A stretch of 38,671 nt of DNA. It comes from a virus (lineage: Duplodnaviria; Caudoviricetes). The notes below the pieces were generated by a model. It made no database searches. It was not told the DNA's origin and saw nothing but the letters and a program-made list of their open reading frames with translations. Both the position numbers and the translations under genes were made by a program. The stretch is from IMG/VR virus record IMGVR_UViG_3300020045_007445, positions 1-38,671 of that record; one strand, written 5' to 3'. Of this stretch, positions 9,218 to 19,471 are shown piece by piece (within the stretch, counting starts at the first letter, position 1; each line of letters begins with the position of its first letter).

Positions 9218-10110
9218 TAAACCAATTTACTCAAAAGCTAATCGAAGTCACAATATGGTTAAATAGCGGCACGGTTGCCGCGCCTGTTTTTAATGATGCC
9301 GATAAAAAGACTTACTCAGGTTTAAGAGTTATTGCAAATATTGAGCTTTTGGGAATGGGTCAGCAATCAACCGCAAATATCAGTATTTATGGCATGTCAC
9401 AATCTGACATGAACCGACTCGAAACAACCGGAAGCATCCAACAACAAAATACCAGAATAAACAAAATTCTAATAGCGGCGGGTGAAGTGGGCGGGGCTAT
9501 GTATGTTGTTCACGAAGGCTTTATTGATACCGCATACCCTGAAATAACGCAACCAGAAACAAAGCTAACAATCTTTTCAGCAACCGCTCTGGACGCTCAA
9601 ATGAAGCCTGTAGCAGCATCTAGTTATCAAGGAAGTGTACAGGTGTCGGTTATTTTAGCGGATTTAGCGAAAGAGGCGGGGTTAACACTGAACGATTTAG
9701 GCGTTAAAAAGGTAATAGATAACGCTTATTTAACAGGCAACGCGATTGATAAAATCAACACCGTGTGCCGTGCGGTTGACATCGAACACAACATAAAAGG
9801 CACGGTTTTAACTATTTTTGAAAAACAGCATGTTAAAGATAGCGGTGTGGTTATCAGTGCATCAGTTGGTGCTTATCCTTTGATGTTGGGTGTTCCTCAC
9901 TGCTCTAGTTTTGAGCTAACCGTTAGCACGGTTTTTTATACTGGTTTTGATATGGCAAAAGCGGTTAAAGTTGAAAGTACAGACCACCCGAACGCTACGG
10001 GAATGTGGCAACCTGCTAAAATAACGCACTTGCTAGAGTGCTACACCCAGAACGCGATAGCTAACTGGAAAACGGTTTTACAATGTACAAGGACGGCTCT
10101 TTATGCTTAA
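9214..10110 (+). CDS. Baseplate hub protein
   Basis: GLRV...I, A.I.IYGM..SDMN.L, P...SY.G...V..I...LA...G; synteny. Confidence 0.7.
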   Translation: MINQFTQKLIEVTIWLNSGTVAAPVFNDADKKTYSGLRVIANIELLGMGQQSTANISIYGMSQSDMNRLETTGSIQQQNTRINKILIAAGEVGGAMYVVHEGFIDTAYPEITQPETKLTIFSATALDAQMKPVAASSYQGSVQVSVILADLAKEAGLTLNDLGVKKVIDNAYLTGNAIDKINTVCRAVDIEHNIKGTVLTIFEKQHVKDSGVVISASVGAYPLMLGVPHCSSFELTVSTVFYTGFDMAKAVKVESTDHPNATGMWQPAKITHLLECYTQNAIANWKTVLQCTRTALYA

Positions 10111-10897
10111 GACCCCAGTTTCTTATTATGGAGGCAAGGCTAACATGGTAAAAGATATTTTGCCTTTATTCCCCAATCACCAGCAATATGTCGAGCCGTT
10201 TTTCGGTGGCGGCGCGGTTTTCTTTGCTAAAAAACCTAGTCCGCACGAAGTCATAAACGATAAATTAGATTGCGCTATCACGTTTTACCGCGTGTTAAAA
10301 ACCCGTTTTCATGAATTGCAAAGCATGATTCAAGCAACTTTGCACAGTGAAAGTGAATATAAACGCGCTAAGGAATTGCTGAATAGTGAGGATGATTTAT
10401 TGAAGGCGTGGGCGTTTTGGGTTAATACACAAATGAGCTTTAGTAATGACCATGCTTTTGCTTTTGGAAACTGCAAAAAAGTTAATACTGCCTTAAAAAA
10501 CAAACGCGACAACTTCACCGATAAATATTCAAAACGCCTAGAACGCACTGAGATATTTTGCCGTGATGCATTAGAAATCATCAAGTTGAAAGACACGCCC
10601 GACACGTTTTTTTATATTGACCCGCCTTATGTATCATCCGATTGTGGGCATTACAAAGGCTATACTACTGAACACTTTACTCAGTTGCTTGATTTGCTGG
10701 CAACCATTAAAGGTAAATTCCTTTTATCAAGTTACCCCGAAACGGTTTTAATGGAATACCGCGATAAGCACGGCTGGAATTTTCGGGATAAAGTTGACCG
10801 CGTGTCTGTATCGGGTAAAGGCACAAAAGGCAAAACTAAAACAGAATGCCTGACGTTTAATTATGAACCTGAGATTATGCAAAGTGAGTTATTCTAA
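10103..10897 (+). CDS. DNA N6-adenine methyltransferase (D12/Dam family)
   Basis: YYGGK, YVEPFFGGGAV, EVIND, FFYIDPPY motifs. Confidence 0.92.
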   Translation: MLKTPVSYYGGKANMVKDILPLFPNHQQYVEPFFGGGAVFFAKKPSPHEVINDKLDCAITFYRVLKTRFHELQSMIQATLHSESEYKRAKELLNSEDDLLKAWAFWVNTQMSFSNDHAFAFGNCKKVNTALKNKRDNFTDKYSKRLERTEIFCRDALEIIKLKDTPDTFFYIDPPYVSSDCGHYKGYTTEHFTQLLDLLATIKGKFLLSSYPETVLMEYRDKHGWNFRDKVDRVSVSGKGTKGKTKTECLTFNYEPEIMQSELF

Positions 10898-11538
10898 TGC
10901 CTGACTTCAACCGCATAGTATCAGAACAAGGACGGCTTAAGGAACAAGTTTTAAACATTGCCAAGCCTTACAGCCAAACAGCCTATCCTTGTAAAGTTGT
11001 GGCGGTGCATGAATACGCTACGAACATCCTCGTTGACGTTGACCCGCTAATCCAACAGCTAACCACGACAGGCGAACCGATTGCCACTAAAACTATTTAC
11101 GGATTATTAGTTCAGCGCATTCAAATGGGTTTATGCGCTATTATCATCAAGCCCAAAATAGGTGATATTGGCACGGCTAAAATATGCCATAGTGACATAT
11201 CAGGGTTTAAAAGTAATGGCGGTAACAAATCGCCGCCGTTAAATAATCAGCCAAACAGCTACAGCAATGCAATTTTTGAAATAGGTCAAACTTTTAGCGA
11301 TGCCGCCACGACTTACATTACAGTTGAGGATGACAAAGTGACCGTGCATAGTAAAGATGCTGTTTTTGAATGCGATACTGTGACCGTGAATAATGATTTT
11401 GTTGTTAAAGGCAAATCAAATTTACAGGGCGATGTAAAAACCGATGCGGCAATTACAAATCAAAATAAAAATATTGGGTTTGATAGTACGCATATTGGGG
11501 TTCAGCCGGGCAGTGGTGTTTCTGGGGTGGTTTCTTGA
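10897..11538 (+). CDS. Baseplate spike (gpV/Gp138-like)
   Basis: VDV.PL, P..GDIG....C..DIS, C-terminal H.GVQPGSG.SG. Confidence 0.8.
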   Translation: MPDFNRIVSEQGRLKEQVLNIAKPYSQTAYPCKVVAVHEYATNILVDVDPLIQQLTTTGEPIATKTIYGLLVQRIQMGLCAIIIKPKIGDIGTAKICHSDISGFKSNGGNKSPPLNNQPNSYSNAIFEIGQTFSDAATTYITVEDDKVTVHSKDAVFECDTVTVNNDFVVKGKSNLQGDVKTDAAITNQNKNIGFDSTHIGVQPGSGVSGVVS

Positions 11539-11603
11539 TTGTTTTGTGGTAAACTATCCGTGAAGTCGTGCATTGACTTCGCTCTAGTATATCCTTTTCT
11601 TTT

Positions 11604-11638
11604 ACCGCTCAATTTTCACGGATTGGGCGGTTTTTTTG
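11604..11638 (+). terminator. Intrinsic terminator
   Basis: accgctcaat..attgggcggt stem followed by T-run. Confidence 0.7.
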
Positions 11639-11740
11639 TGTTATAATACCCGCAGGTGTCGTAACCTAAGAATAGCAAAATTTTTATTAAAACCCGCTTG
11701 GTAGGATGCTATGTCCTTTACGACCCTTGCGGGTTTTTTT
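11639..11740 (+). promoter_or_regulatory. Extended -10 promoter plus structured attenuator-like leader (class II) of antA/B gene
   Basis: TGtTATAAT 11639-11647; gtcgtaa/ttacgac and atagca/tgctat complementary pairs; aaaacccgc/gcgggtttt stem with T-run. Confidence 0.7.
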
Positions 11741-11754
11741 ATGGGCGGTGAAAA

Positions 11755-12417
11755 ATGCAAGATTTATTGAATATCAAAAACGAGTTAATCGGCGGCGTAG
11801 AAGTTCAGGCGATTAGTGCTAATGAGTTATATTTAGGGTTAGGTCTATCCACATCACAATGGGTTCGTTATGCTAAAAGAAATATTGTAAACAATGAATG
11901 GTTTTTAGAAAACAGAGATTGGATATTATTAAACTACCGGAGGTCGCAACCCAATAACGGCGGGGCTTCTGTTGATTATGGAATATCAATTGAGTTTGCA
12001 AAACACCTTGCTGCAATGGCAAAAACAGCAAAAGGACACGCTTACAGAAACTATCTAATCAACCTAGAAAAACACGTTGTTGAAAACTTTACTGCGCTAA
12101 ATGATGATGACCGAGTTATGCTGGAATTAACCCGGATTAGCCCCAACACGTTAAAAGCGATTACAGGCGAACGTAATAACCACAAAGTTAGACAAGGCTA
12201 TCAAGCGTTAGTACAGGCGGGAATATTTGAGGAAGTGCGGGAAACGCGGGAAGTGTTACGCTACAGACCGACAGCAGCAGGTTATGATTATATCAGCGGC
12301 TTAAGCAGCGAAACGCCACATTTCAAAGATGACCATAAAGATCAGGTTAAATTTATCATCAATCAATTCAGGTTAGGTTTGGGTTTTCAGGTTGATTTGT
12401 TTATCACTAATGATTGA
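11755..12417 (+). CDS. AntA/AntB-family antirepressor
   Basis: ISA.ELY..L, W....I, EN.D, DY.ISIEFAKHLA.M..T.KG..YR.Y.I.LEK. Confidence 0.8.
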   Translation: MQDLLNIKNELIGGVEVQAISANELYLGLGLSTSQWVRYAKRNIVNNEWFLENRDWILLNYRRSQPNNGGASVDYGISIEFAKHLAAMAKTAKGHAYRNYLINLEKHVVENFTALNDDDRVMLELTRISPNTLKAITGERNNHKVRQGYQALVQAGIFEEVRETREVLRYRPTAAGYDYISGLSSETPHFKDDHKDQVKFIINQFRLGLGFQVDLFITND

Positions 12418-12441
12418 CTTTTAAATAACCATTGACAAATT

Positions 12442-12466
12442 AAACCCGCTTAGTGCGGGTTTTTTA
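12442..12466 (+). terminator. Intrinsic terminator closing the ant moron; restart promoter TGGTATAAT follows at 12474-12482
   Basis: aaacccgc-ttagt-gcgggtttttt. Confidence 0.8.
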
Positions 12467-12508
12467 TTGCCTGTGGTATAATCATAAAAAACAAACGATT
12501 GACATAAA

Positions 12509-12859
12509 ATGGCACAATTTGACACGATAGGCATAGCAGCAACAGGTGATTTGTTACTCGATTTAGCGGGTAATTTTGTGCTGTTATCTGGCATTGAACA
12601 AGTCGCACAGGATAGCTGGTTAGCGGCTCAATGCTTTGTTGGTGATATTTACTTTGAACAACCTACCGGAATACCTTATTTTGAGGATATTCTAGGTGGC
12701 AATCCGCCGGACTCGCTTGTTGCGCATGATTACATTAAAACTATTTCTGATGTGGCTGGCGTGGACGATGTGAGTGTTACCGATATTTTAAGGCAAAATA
12801 GAATAATTCAGCCTACAATAACCGTTTTAGATTTTGAAGGCGCAGAGGTAACATTTTAA
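12509..12859 (+). CDS. Baseplate wedge/sheath initiator (gp25/gp46-like)
   Basis: DL.LD..GN, VAQD, F.G..YF....GIPYF..ILG. Confidence 0.7.
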   Translation: MAQFDTIGIAATGDLLLDLAGNFVLLSGIEQVAQDSWLAAQCFVGDIYFEQPTGIPYFEDILGGNPPDSLVAHDYIKTISDVAGVDDVSVTDILRQNRIIQPTITVLDFEGAEVTF

Positions 12860-14052
12860 TGACAATACCATTGATTGATTTATCAGTGCCAACTGTACCG
12901 ACTGAGGATGAAATACTTGACGGCACTATTGCAACTTTTAAAAGCACAATAAGCCCGTCTTTAAATCTTGACCGCGCTAAACCGATAAGCCTGTCAACTC
13001 CACAAGGTCAAATAGCACAAGCCATAAGCGTGGCTTTTGGTGGTGCTTACACGGCAATATCTTACCTGATTAATCAATTTAACCCGCTTTACGCTTCCGG
13101 TCGTTTTCAAGACGCTTTGCTATGGATGTACTTTTTAACACGGCGTGAAGCTACAAAAACAGTTGTTACGCTTACTTGTCGCGGTCTTGACGGAGTAGAA
13201 ATTACACAAGGCACTTCACAGGCTACAGACGTTTACGGTCGTTCATTCACTGCTATTCAAACGGTAACTATTTCGGGCGGGGTGGCTTATTGTGATTTTG
13301 AATGTGACACAGCAGGGGTGATTGACTGTCCTGCCGATACCGTTAATAAAATCGCTGGAACGCCTATCGGTGGATGGGAATCTTGCAATAATGACAGCGC
13401 GGGCGTAACTGGTTTAGATGCTGAAACACAAAGGGCGGCTGAATTTAGACGGTCTCAATCGGTTAAGGTTAATGGTCATTCACAAGTCGAAACAATACGC
13501 GGTCAAGTATTGGCAGTTGCTAACGTTACAGATTGTTATGTTGATGATAATTACTCGAATCTATTTGTTACAAAGCGCGGGGTGTCTCTAAAACCACACT
13601 CTATTTATGTTTGTGTAGTTGGTGGCACTGATACAGCGGTGGCTACTGCTATTTATAACAGCAAAAGCGGCGGCTGTGATATGAACGGCGATACTGATGT
13701 TGTACTGGATGATAAAACGACCATAATTTTTCAACGTGCGAATATCATTTCTCTTTATGTCAGGGTTAAGATTTTGCAAGATGCTACACTGCCCGACACA
13801 ACCACAGCAAGCGTTAAGCAGTTGATTGTGGATAGTTCAAACGGTTTAGGCGGTCAATTAAAAATCACGATTGGAGAGGTTATCGTTGCCAATCGGTTTA
13901 CTGACTACATCCAGACAAGCTTGCCAGCGGTTAAAGTTTTAGACATTGATGTGAGCCTTGACGGCACAGTATGGACAGATAAAGTCATTATTAACGCTGA
14001 CTCTATTGCCACAGTGTCAACGGGCGATATATCGGTACAATACGATGCCTAA
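12859..14052 (+). CDS. Baseplate J/gp47 family protein
   Basis: TPQGQ, NQFNP.YASGRFQDA, G.D.ET...E.RR, PHSIYVCVVGG, KS.GC.MNG. Confidence 0.9.
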   Translation: MTIPLIDLSVPTVPTEDEILDGTIATFKSTISPSLNLDRAKPISLSTPQGQIAQAISVAFGGAYTAISYLINQFNPLYASGRFQDALLWMYFLTRREATKTVVTLTCRGLDGVEITQGTSQATDVYGRSFTAIQTVTISGGVAYCDFECDTAGVIDCPADTVNKIAGTPIGGWESCNNDSAGVTGLDAETQRAAEFRRSQSVKVNGHSQVETIRGQVLAVANVTDCYVDDNYSNLFVTKRGVSLKPHSIYVCVVGGTDTAVATAIYNSKSGGCDMNGDTDVVLDDKTTIIFQRANIISLYVRVKILQDATLPDTTTASVKQLIVDSSNGLGGQLKITIGEVIVANRFTDYIQTSLPAVKVLDIDVSLDGTVWTDKVIINADSIATVSTGDISVQYDA

Positions 14053-14704
14053 TTATAAAGCTCTAAGCACTTTTTTTAACAAGGATTGCTCACTTACAAG
14101 GCTAGTCAATGAAATTACTACAGCAATTGATTTTTCTTATATCCTTGACGGGTTTTACGATAACTTTTTTAATATTGACACTGCTAGTAGTTACTGGGTT
14201 GAAATTTGGGGGCGTATTGTTGGATTAGACAGGGCGGTTAAACTTCTAAATAATGATGCTTTTGGATTTGCTGGTTCAAATGCAAAAACTTTCAATGAGG
14301 GTTCTTTTTTTGGTGGCGACCCGTCCAGTAATTCTTTTACAATTTCAGACTTAACGCTTTATCGCCATGCCGTCAAAACCAAACAGTTTATCAATATAAG
14401 CGGCTGCACGATCCCCGAACTAAATGAGATTGTCGCTTATTTTTTTGATGATGCTGGGGCTAGTTTTGTCACTGATAATTATGATATGACAATCACTTAC
14501 TGGCTGGCAGTTGCTGAAACAGACGACAAAGCAATTATTTTTACAAGCCCTGTTTTTTGCCCACGCCCAGCAGGTGTCCGTGTGAAATTCAAATACAATG
14601 AAGTTTACAGCCCTATCAATTATGATTTTTTTGGTTTTGATGGTTCACGCTATAAAACTTTTAACGAAGCCCCTTTTTATGATGAGAGTTTAGGTTATGA
14701 GTAA
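14045..14704 (+). CDS. Baseplate wedge protein (DUF2612-like)
   Basis: FNIDTA..Y...WGRIVG..R, DNYDMT..Y, PRPAGV; ATG 14045 preferred over the track's start at 13958. Confidence 0.8.
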   Translation: MPNYKALSTFFNKDCSLTRLVNEITTAIDFSYILDGFYDNFFNIDTASSYWVEIWGRIVGLDRAVKLLNNDAFGFAGSNAKTFNEGSFFGGDPSSNSFTISDLTLYRHAVKTKQFINISGCTIPELNEIVAYFFDDAGASFVTDNYDMTITYWLAVAETDDKAIIFTSPVFCPRPAGVRVKFKYNEVYSPINYDFFGFDGSRYKTFNEAPFYDESLGYE

Positions 14705-15461
14705 TACACCTACCAAAATAGTAACCCCGTTTGGATTAGATTCAACTAACATTGATGCTTATCCTACTGATTCGCCCGACATTACAGGATTAAGCGCACC
14801 TGAAGGTTTTCCTGCTAATTACATGACCACAGGCGGTGATAAGCCGCGCGGTCAATTGTTTAATCGCTTATTGTTTGATGTAACTTATTGGGTTCGTGAG
14901 TTTTTGTCTGGCAGAACGCCACGCTATGATGCTGCTTATCAAACGCTGTTAGGTGGTTATGATGCAGACGCTACTGTGATGGGCGATGATGGTGAAACTG
15001 TTTATTTGTCAACTGCCAATAACAACATGACAAACCCCAACAGCGGCGGTGCGGGCTGGAAAACATTATCATCATCAGCTAATATTGTTTCTCAAGTTGA
15101 CGCTGAATCTGGTATCGCAACAGCGGTTAAAAACTGGACGGCTCAAAGAGTAAGGCAAGCGTTTACAGCCGGATTAGTTGTTGATAATGTAAATAAGAGC
15201 TTAACACTGCCAACATGGTTAGGCGGTTGGATTGTTAAAATCGGGATTACTGCAAGTTTAGCAGCGGACACAGCCGAAACAGTAACGTTTGCTGATGCCT
15301 TTCCAAACTCAATCGAAGGTATTTTTACACAAGCAAAATACACTGGCACAGTAGCAGCCACAAGTGTTGCTGCGGATATTGTTACGCTTGGAAGTATTGT
15401 CATTCGCAACACTGACGTTGATACTACATATCCAATCTGGTGGATGGCGATAGGTAAATAA
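14697..15461 (+). CDS. Tail fibre protein (short, gp53-like C-terminal domain)
   Basis: GFP..M...GG..P.G..FN.L.F N-term; LP...GG.I....VTF..AFPN...W.AIG. C-term. Confidence 0.75.
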   Translation: MSNTPTKIVTPFGLDSTNIDAYPTDSPDITGLSAPEGFPANYMTTGGDKPRGQLFNRLLFDVTYWVREFLSGRTPRYDAAYQTLLGGYDADATVMGDDGETVYLSTANNNMTNPNSGGAGWKTLSSSANIVSQVDAESGIATAVKNWTAQRVRQAFTAGLVVDNVNKSLTLPTWLGGWIVKIGITASLAADTAETVTFADAFPNSIEGIFTQAKYTGTVAATSVAADIVTLGSIVIRNTDVDTTYPIWWMAIGK

Positions 15462-15462
15462 A

Positions 15463-16281
15463 ATGGCAAACAAAAAATATTATGAATGGGTCAATACTTT
15501 ACCCGCAGCATCTGATGCTGAAATAAGTGCGGGTGCTGTGCCTATTGATACTGGCGTAGAATCTAAAAAATACACTCCTGTCACGCCGACTGACTTAGTT
15601 GTATATGATAATCATTTATCAAATACCACTACAGCGCATGGTTTTTTATCTACTATTCGCAACGGGGTAAACGTTGCGGGTGATGATTTAAACAAGCTCT
15701 ATACATTAGTTACTGCCCTAAATTCTGCAATGCGATTTATTGGAGGCTGGGACGCTTCTAGCGGTGTTTTTCCTGGCGGTGGCACTGCTGAGAACGGATA
15801 TGTTTATGAAGTTACTGTGGCGGGTACAGTTGATAGCGTATCGTTTGAACCTAAAGACATGATAGTTGCGATTGCTGATAACGCCAGTACAACTGTTTTT
15901 GCTGCAAACTGGTTTAAAGGGGATAATACAGATCAAGTCACTCTTATAAACGCTGTTACACTAACAAACAAGCGCATTACAAGCCGCGTAAATTCGTCAG
16001 CGTCAAACGCTACACCAACGCTAAACACTGATTTATATGATGCTTATGAATTTACCGCACAAACTACAGACATCTTATTATCTGTTTCCGGCACGCCAAC
16101 AAATAGACAATCATTAGAAGTTTACATCAAAGGCACGGCAGCACGGGCGATAACTTACAGCCCAGACTTTGCTGCAACTACTATTGCATTGCCGACAACC
16201 ACAGTGACAACCGCTGAATTAAAATTGTTTTTTGTTCATTCTACAGCAAGCGGTAAATGGGAAATAACGGGGGTGGTTTAA
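15463..16281 (+). CDS. Fibre/virion accessory protein
   Basis: Thr/Ala-rich; F.GGWDAS...P...G..Y.VTVAGT motif; located in fibre cluster. Confidence 0.55.
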   Translation: MANKKYYEWVNTLPAASDAEISAGAVPIDTGVESKKYTPVTPTDLVVYDNHLSNTTTAHGFLSTIRNGVNVAGDDLNKLYTLVTALNSAMRFIGGWDASSGVFPGGGTAENGYVYEVTVAGTVDSVSFEPKDMIVAIADNASTTVFAANWFKGDNTDQVTLINAVTLTNKRITSRVNSSASNATPTLNTDLYDAYEFTAQTTDILLSVSGTPTNRQSLEVYIKGTAARAITYSPDFAATTIALPTTTVTTAELKLFFVHSTASGKWEITGVV

Positions 16282-17019
16282 GTGAATAGAACCGCATTTA
16301 TTAATTGTCGTAATACAACACCCAACACAGACCCCACATTCTCAAGCAATACATTATTGCTTATGGCAAACGGTGCCAATGACTCACAGGTCATAACAGA
16401 TAGCAGCAACTATGGACATGCAGTTACAACTTTAGGCAACACTAAGATAACTAATACTCGCAATCCATTCGGTAGTGGAAACAGTATATATTTTGACGGC
16501 GCGAGTGATTATTTGATGTTGCCTCAATACCCATATACCGCAGACCCGCTAGGTTTTTTTGGATTTGATGACTTTATGATTGATGGGTGGCTTTATTGTG
16601 AGGATGTAAGTCTTGATAATCCAATCATGGGCGGTATTTTGACATGGGCTTCTAATTTGTCTTATGTAATTCGGATTAATGCTAATGTGATGCTGTTCTT
16701 TGTCGGGTTCTATGATGCTACAAGAATTGAATATTCAGTTGCTGGAATGGACAACACATGGTTTCATTTTGAAGTAAATTGTACCGCCGGAATTACACGA
16801 TTATTTATTAATGGGGTGCAAGTTGGCACATATTCCACAGCTAAAGCAGCTAATAATGGCACAACATCACCAGATTTTAACGGCTTAGGTTGTTATCCAG
16901 ACAATCCTACCGCAAGCGGCACATTTAAAGGTAATATGGCTTACATAAGAATGAAAAAAGGCGTAGGAGGTCATACAGCTAACTTCTCAGTTCCTACTGC
17001 GCCGCCGCCTACATCTTAA
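16282..17019 (+). CDS. LamG/concanavalin A-like lectin domain fibre protein
   Basis: DP.FS...LL...NGAN.S..I.DSS, SIYFDG.SDYL, DF.ID.W.Y, W.H, LFING, IR..KGV..HTANF..P..P. Confidence 0.8.
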   Translation: MNRTAFINCRNTTPNTDPTFSSNTLLLMANGANDSQVITDSSNYGHAVTTLGNTKITNTRNPFGSGNSIYFDGASDYLMLPQYPYTADPLGFFGFDDFMIDGWLYCEDVSLDNPIMGGILTWASNLSYVIRINANVMLFFVGFYDATRIEYSVAGMDNTWFHFEVNCTAGITRLFINGVQVGTYSTAKAANNGTTSPDFNGLGCYPDNPTASGTFKGNMAYIRMKKGVGGHTANFSVPTAPPPTS

Positions 17020-17061
17020 AGATTTACAAACACAATATTATTGATTTTTCAGGAGAAAACC

Positions 17062-17991
17062 ATGCCAGATTCAGTTTTTAATGATAGCGGCGGTAATAAA
17101 GATATTATAGGGGTTTATTTAATAAGCCCATCCACAGAATTACCTGTTGAACCATCTGGTGGCGGTGGCGGTGCTGGCGATGCAAGTGCGGCTAATCAAG
17201 TGCTGCAAATCGCACAGATTGGCGAAGTACAGGCAAGCCCTACAGCTAATACTGTGCTTGATAGATTAAAGACATTAGCAACAAGTCAAACAGACGGTAA
17301 TCAATTGATAAAAATTACCGATGGTGCTGGAGAAGTCAACACCAAGCAAGTTGGAACTGCAATAACAGGTTCAGATGTTGGATTGATTACAAATGGAAGC
17401 ATTCACGGGCTATCAACTGCTGGCGGCGGTACTTACGTTGATGTAAAAGTGACTCCATCAGGTGCATTAACCACAGAAACCGAATTAGTTGCTGGAAGTT
17501 CGATTATTGGTAAAGTAGGTATTGACCAAACAACCCCCGGCACAACTGACAGAGTAACGGCTAATATTGATAAGATAGGCGGTACTGCCCTTACATTAGG
17601 GGCTAAAGTTGCTGCAAGCTCGATCCCTGTTGCAATTTCAACGGACGGAGCTGTAGGAGTAGCATATACAATACCAACGATTGCAACAACAACCGCCTAC
17701 GCATCAAGTTTAGTTGTTAAAGCAAGTGCTGGAACTCTGGTAGGATTTTCAGGATACAACAGTTCGGCAACGGCTCAATTTATTCAGGTGCATAACACAG
17801 CATCATTGCCAGCAGACGGTCAAGTTCCGATTGAAATTATTAGAGTCGAGGGTTTATCACCATTCGCCTTTGAGGGCAATGGAATAGTAGGTGATGCTTA
17901 CAGCACAGGCATAACAATATGTAATAGTAGCACTGGAGCAACTAAAACCATTGGCAGTTCGGATTGCTGGATAGTAGCGAGGTATCGTTAA
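17062..17991 (+). CDS. Fibre-like virion accessory protein
   Basis: AGGAG RBS before ATG 17062; Gly/Thr-rich, [14 protein letters not shown] linker, beta-rich C-term. Confidence 0.55.
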   Translation: MPDSVFNDSGGNKDIIGVYLISPSTELPVEPSGGGGGAGDASAANQVLQIAQIGEVQASPTANTVLDRLKTLATSQTDGNQLIKITDGAGEVNTKQVGTAITGSDVGLITNGSIHGLSTAGGGTYVDVKVTPSGALTTETELVAGSSIIGKVGIDQTTPGTTDRVTANIDKIGGTALTLGAKVAASSIPVAISTDGAVGVAYTIPTIATTTAYASSLVVKASAGTLVGFSGYNSSATAQFIQVHNTASLPADGQVPIEIIRVEGLSPFAFEGNGIVGDAYSTGITICNSSTGATKTIGSSDCWIVARYR

Positions 17992-17992
17992 A

Positions 17993-19168
17993 ATGGCTAA
18001 GTTAAGTTTTCCACCAATTCCAACAACTTTAAACCTGCCCACAATCCCTTATGCTTTTAACAACAACTACAAAGGGAAGGTAATCCCAGCGGGACGAACA
18101 TTTACCCGTTCCGGTGCGATAGCAACTCATATAGATGGTGCTTTAGGGTTGCGAGTAGATGATGCTGCTGATGTGCCTAGATTTACAAAGGACGGGTTAC
18201 TGATTGAGCCTAGTGCTATTAATCGTATTTTTTACTCTAACGATTTAAGTCAAGCCAACTGGACAAAGACAGGTGTTACAACAACAGCAAACAGCGGTTA
18301 TGATAGTTATGGGTTAAACAATTTGTGGCTATGTTCAGCGGCTAATGATGTTGGATGCACACAAGGAAGATCTGTGACAGCCGGAGTTATTACGCTATCG
18401 TGTGAAATAAGACAAGGAACAGCTACAAAGTTATTATTAAGAGATTACACTAATTCTGTTGATATTTCTTTTGTGTTTGCAACAAAAGCTATGGTTAGTT
18501 CTGGAGCTAGTTACATAGCAAGCGGATATGAGGATTTAGGAGAAGGTCTATATAAATTATGGCTAACACTGACATCAGGCACAACTGCGGGATTTACTAT
18601 TAGACCATCTACACAAGCTGGAACAACAACGCACTATCAAGGTCACATGGAGATTAAAGAGGGTTATTATACTTCTTACGTTCCAACTGTTGTTGCGTCA
18701 GCAGTCACTAGAGCATCTGATGTTTTAACCGTGTCCGCTGCAAACTTTACGCAGTATCGTCAGGACGTTTTTACTGAGGTAGTTAATTTTATCGGCAAAG
18801 CTTATGGTACTCAAACCTATTTTGATTACCATGATGGCACAGCTAACAACCGTATTTATCTTGAAAGCATAAATAGTGCTTTAACTTTTAACATTATCAC
18901 GGGCGGCGTGGCTCAATGTGCGTTATCGCTTGGTAGTGTAACGAATGGCACTGAGTACACAGCAGCAATGGCGTGGAAATTAAACGATGTGGCTGCTTGC
19001 TTGAATGGTGGCGCAGTCGTAACTGATGCGAGCGTAACATTGCCAACAGTCACGCAAAAAGCTGAGGGCATGAACTATGCAGGGGCTAATCAGTGCGGGG
19101 TTTTGGGATTTTTACGCGGTTATGCTGCTAGATTACCGAATGAGCAATTACAGGGGCTGACAGCATGA
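17993..19168 (+). CDS. Head-spike/fibre protein with CBM-like and LamG-like domains
   Basis: TFTRS..AT, PRF...GLLIE....N, TSYVPT....VTRASD, RL.N.QLQ.LT motifs. Confidence 0.7.
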   Translation: MAKLSFPPIPTTLNLPTIPYAFNNNYKGKVIPAGRTFTRSGAIATHIDGALGLRVDDAADVPRFTKDGLLIEPSAINRIFYSNDLSQANWTKTGVTTTANSGYDSYGLNNLWLCSAANDVGCTQGRSVTAGVITLSCEIRQGTATKLLLRDYTNSVDISFVFATKAMVSSGASYIASGYEDLGEGLYKLWLTLTSGTTAGFTIRPSTQAGTTTHYQGHMEIKEGYYTSYVPTVVASAVTRASDVLTVSAANFTQYRQDVFTEVVNFIGKAYGTQTYFDYHDGTANNRIYLESINSALTFNIITGGVAQCALSLGSVTNGTEYTAAMAWKLNDVAACLNGGAVVTDASVTLPTVTQKAEGMNYAGANQCGVLGFLRGYAARLPNEQLQGLTA

Positions 19169-19470
19169 AAGAGTATTTTTTGAAGTTTGCAGATAAATCT
19201 GAAGCTATCGCGGTAATTGCAGCTAACGAACCGGATTTATTTTGGAACGATAACGGCGAATATAAAATAAAAGGTTCTCATGATTATGCCATGTGTGTTG
19301 TTGGTGATGTCTATCACGCAACGGGAAACGCGCTAGAAGATGGTACGCCGGAGCAAGTTTTAGTGGATGGTTATCATGTCAATCTAGTTTTGAATGGCAG
19401 TGATTTTCCAGCGTATTTAGTGCCTTTTGAAGTTCTCCCTGTAACACCGTCTTGCACATTTGGAGGTTAG
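19165..19470 (+). CDS. Fibre-associated small protein/chaperone
   Basis: Y.LKFAD..EA, VVG..Y..TG, GYHVN, V.P.TP...F pattern; ATGA overlap. Confidence 0.55.
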   Translation: MKEYFLKFADKSEAIAVIAANEPDLFWNDNGEYKIKGSHDYAMCVVGDVYHATGNALEDGTPEQVLVDGYHVNLVLNGSDFPAYLVPFEVLPVTPSCTFGG

Positions 19471-19471
19471 T

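Noticed and set aside
11932-11939. aaactaccg shared between the antA variable region and about 34914-34922
   Set aside because: A 9-nt match is expected by chance in a window of this size.
13958-14044. ORF-track upstream starts (13958; also 8253, 17041, 19460, 32449, 34825, 35332, 37131, 38342)
   Set aside because: Downstream starts have a better RBS or stop-start coupling; the extensions run through other genes or RNA leaders.
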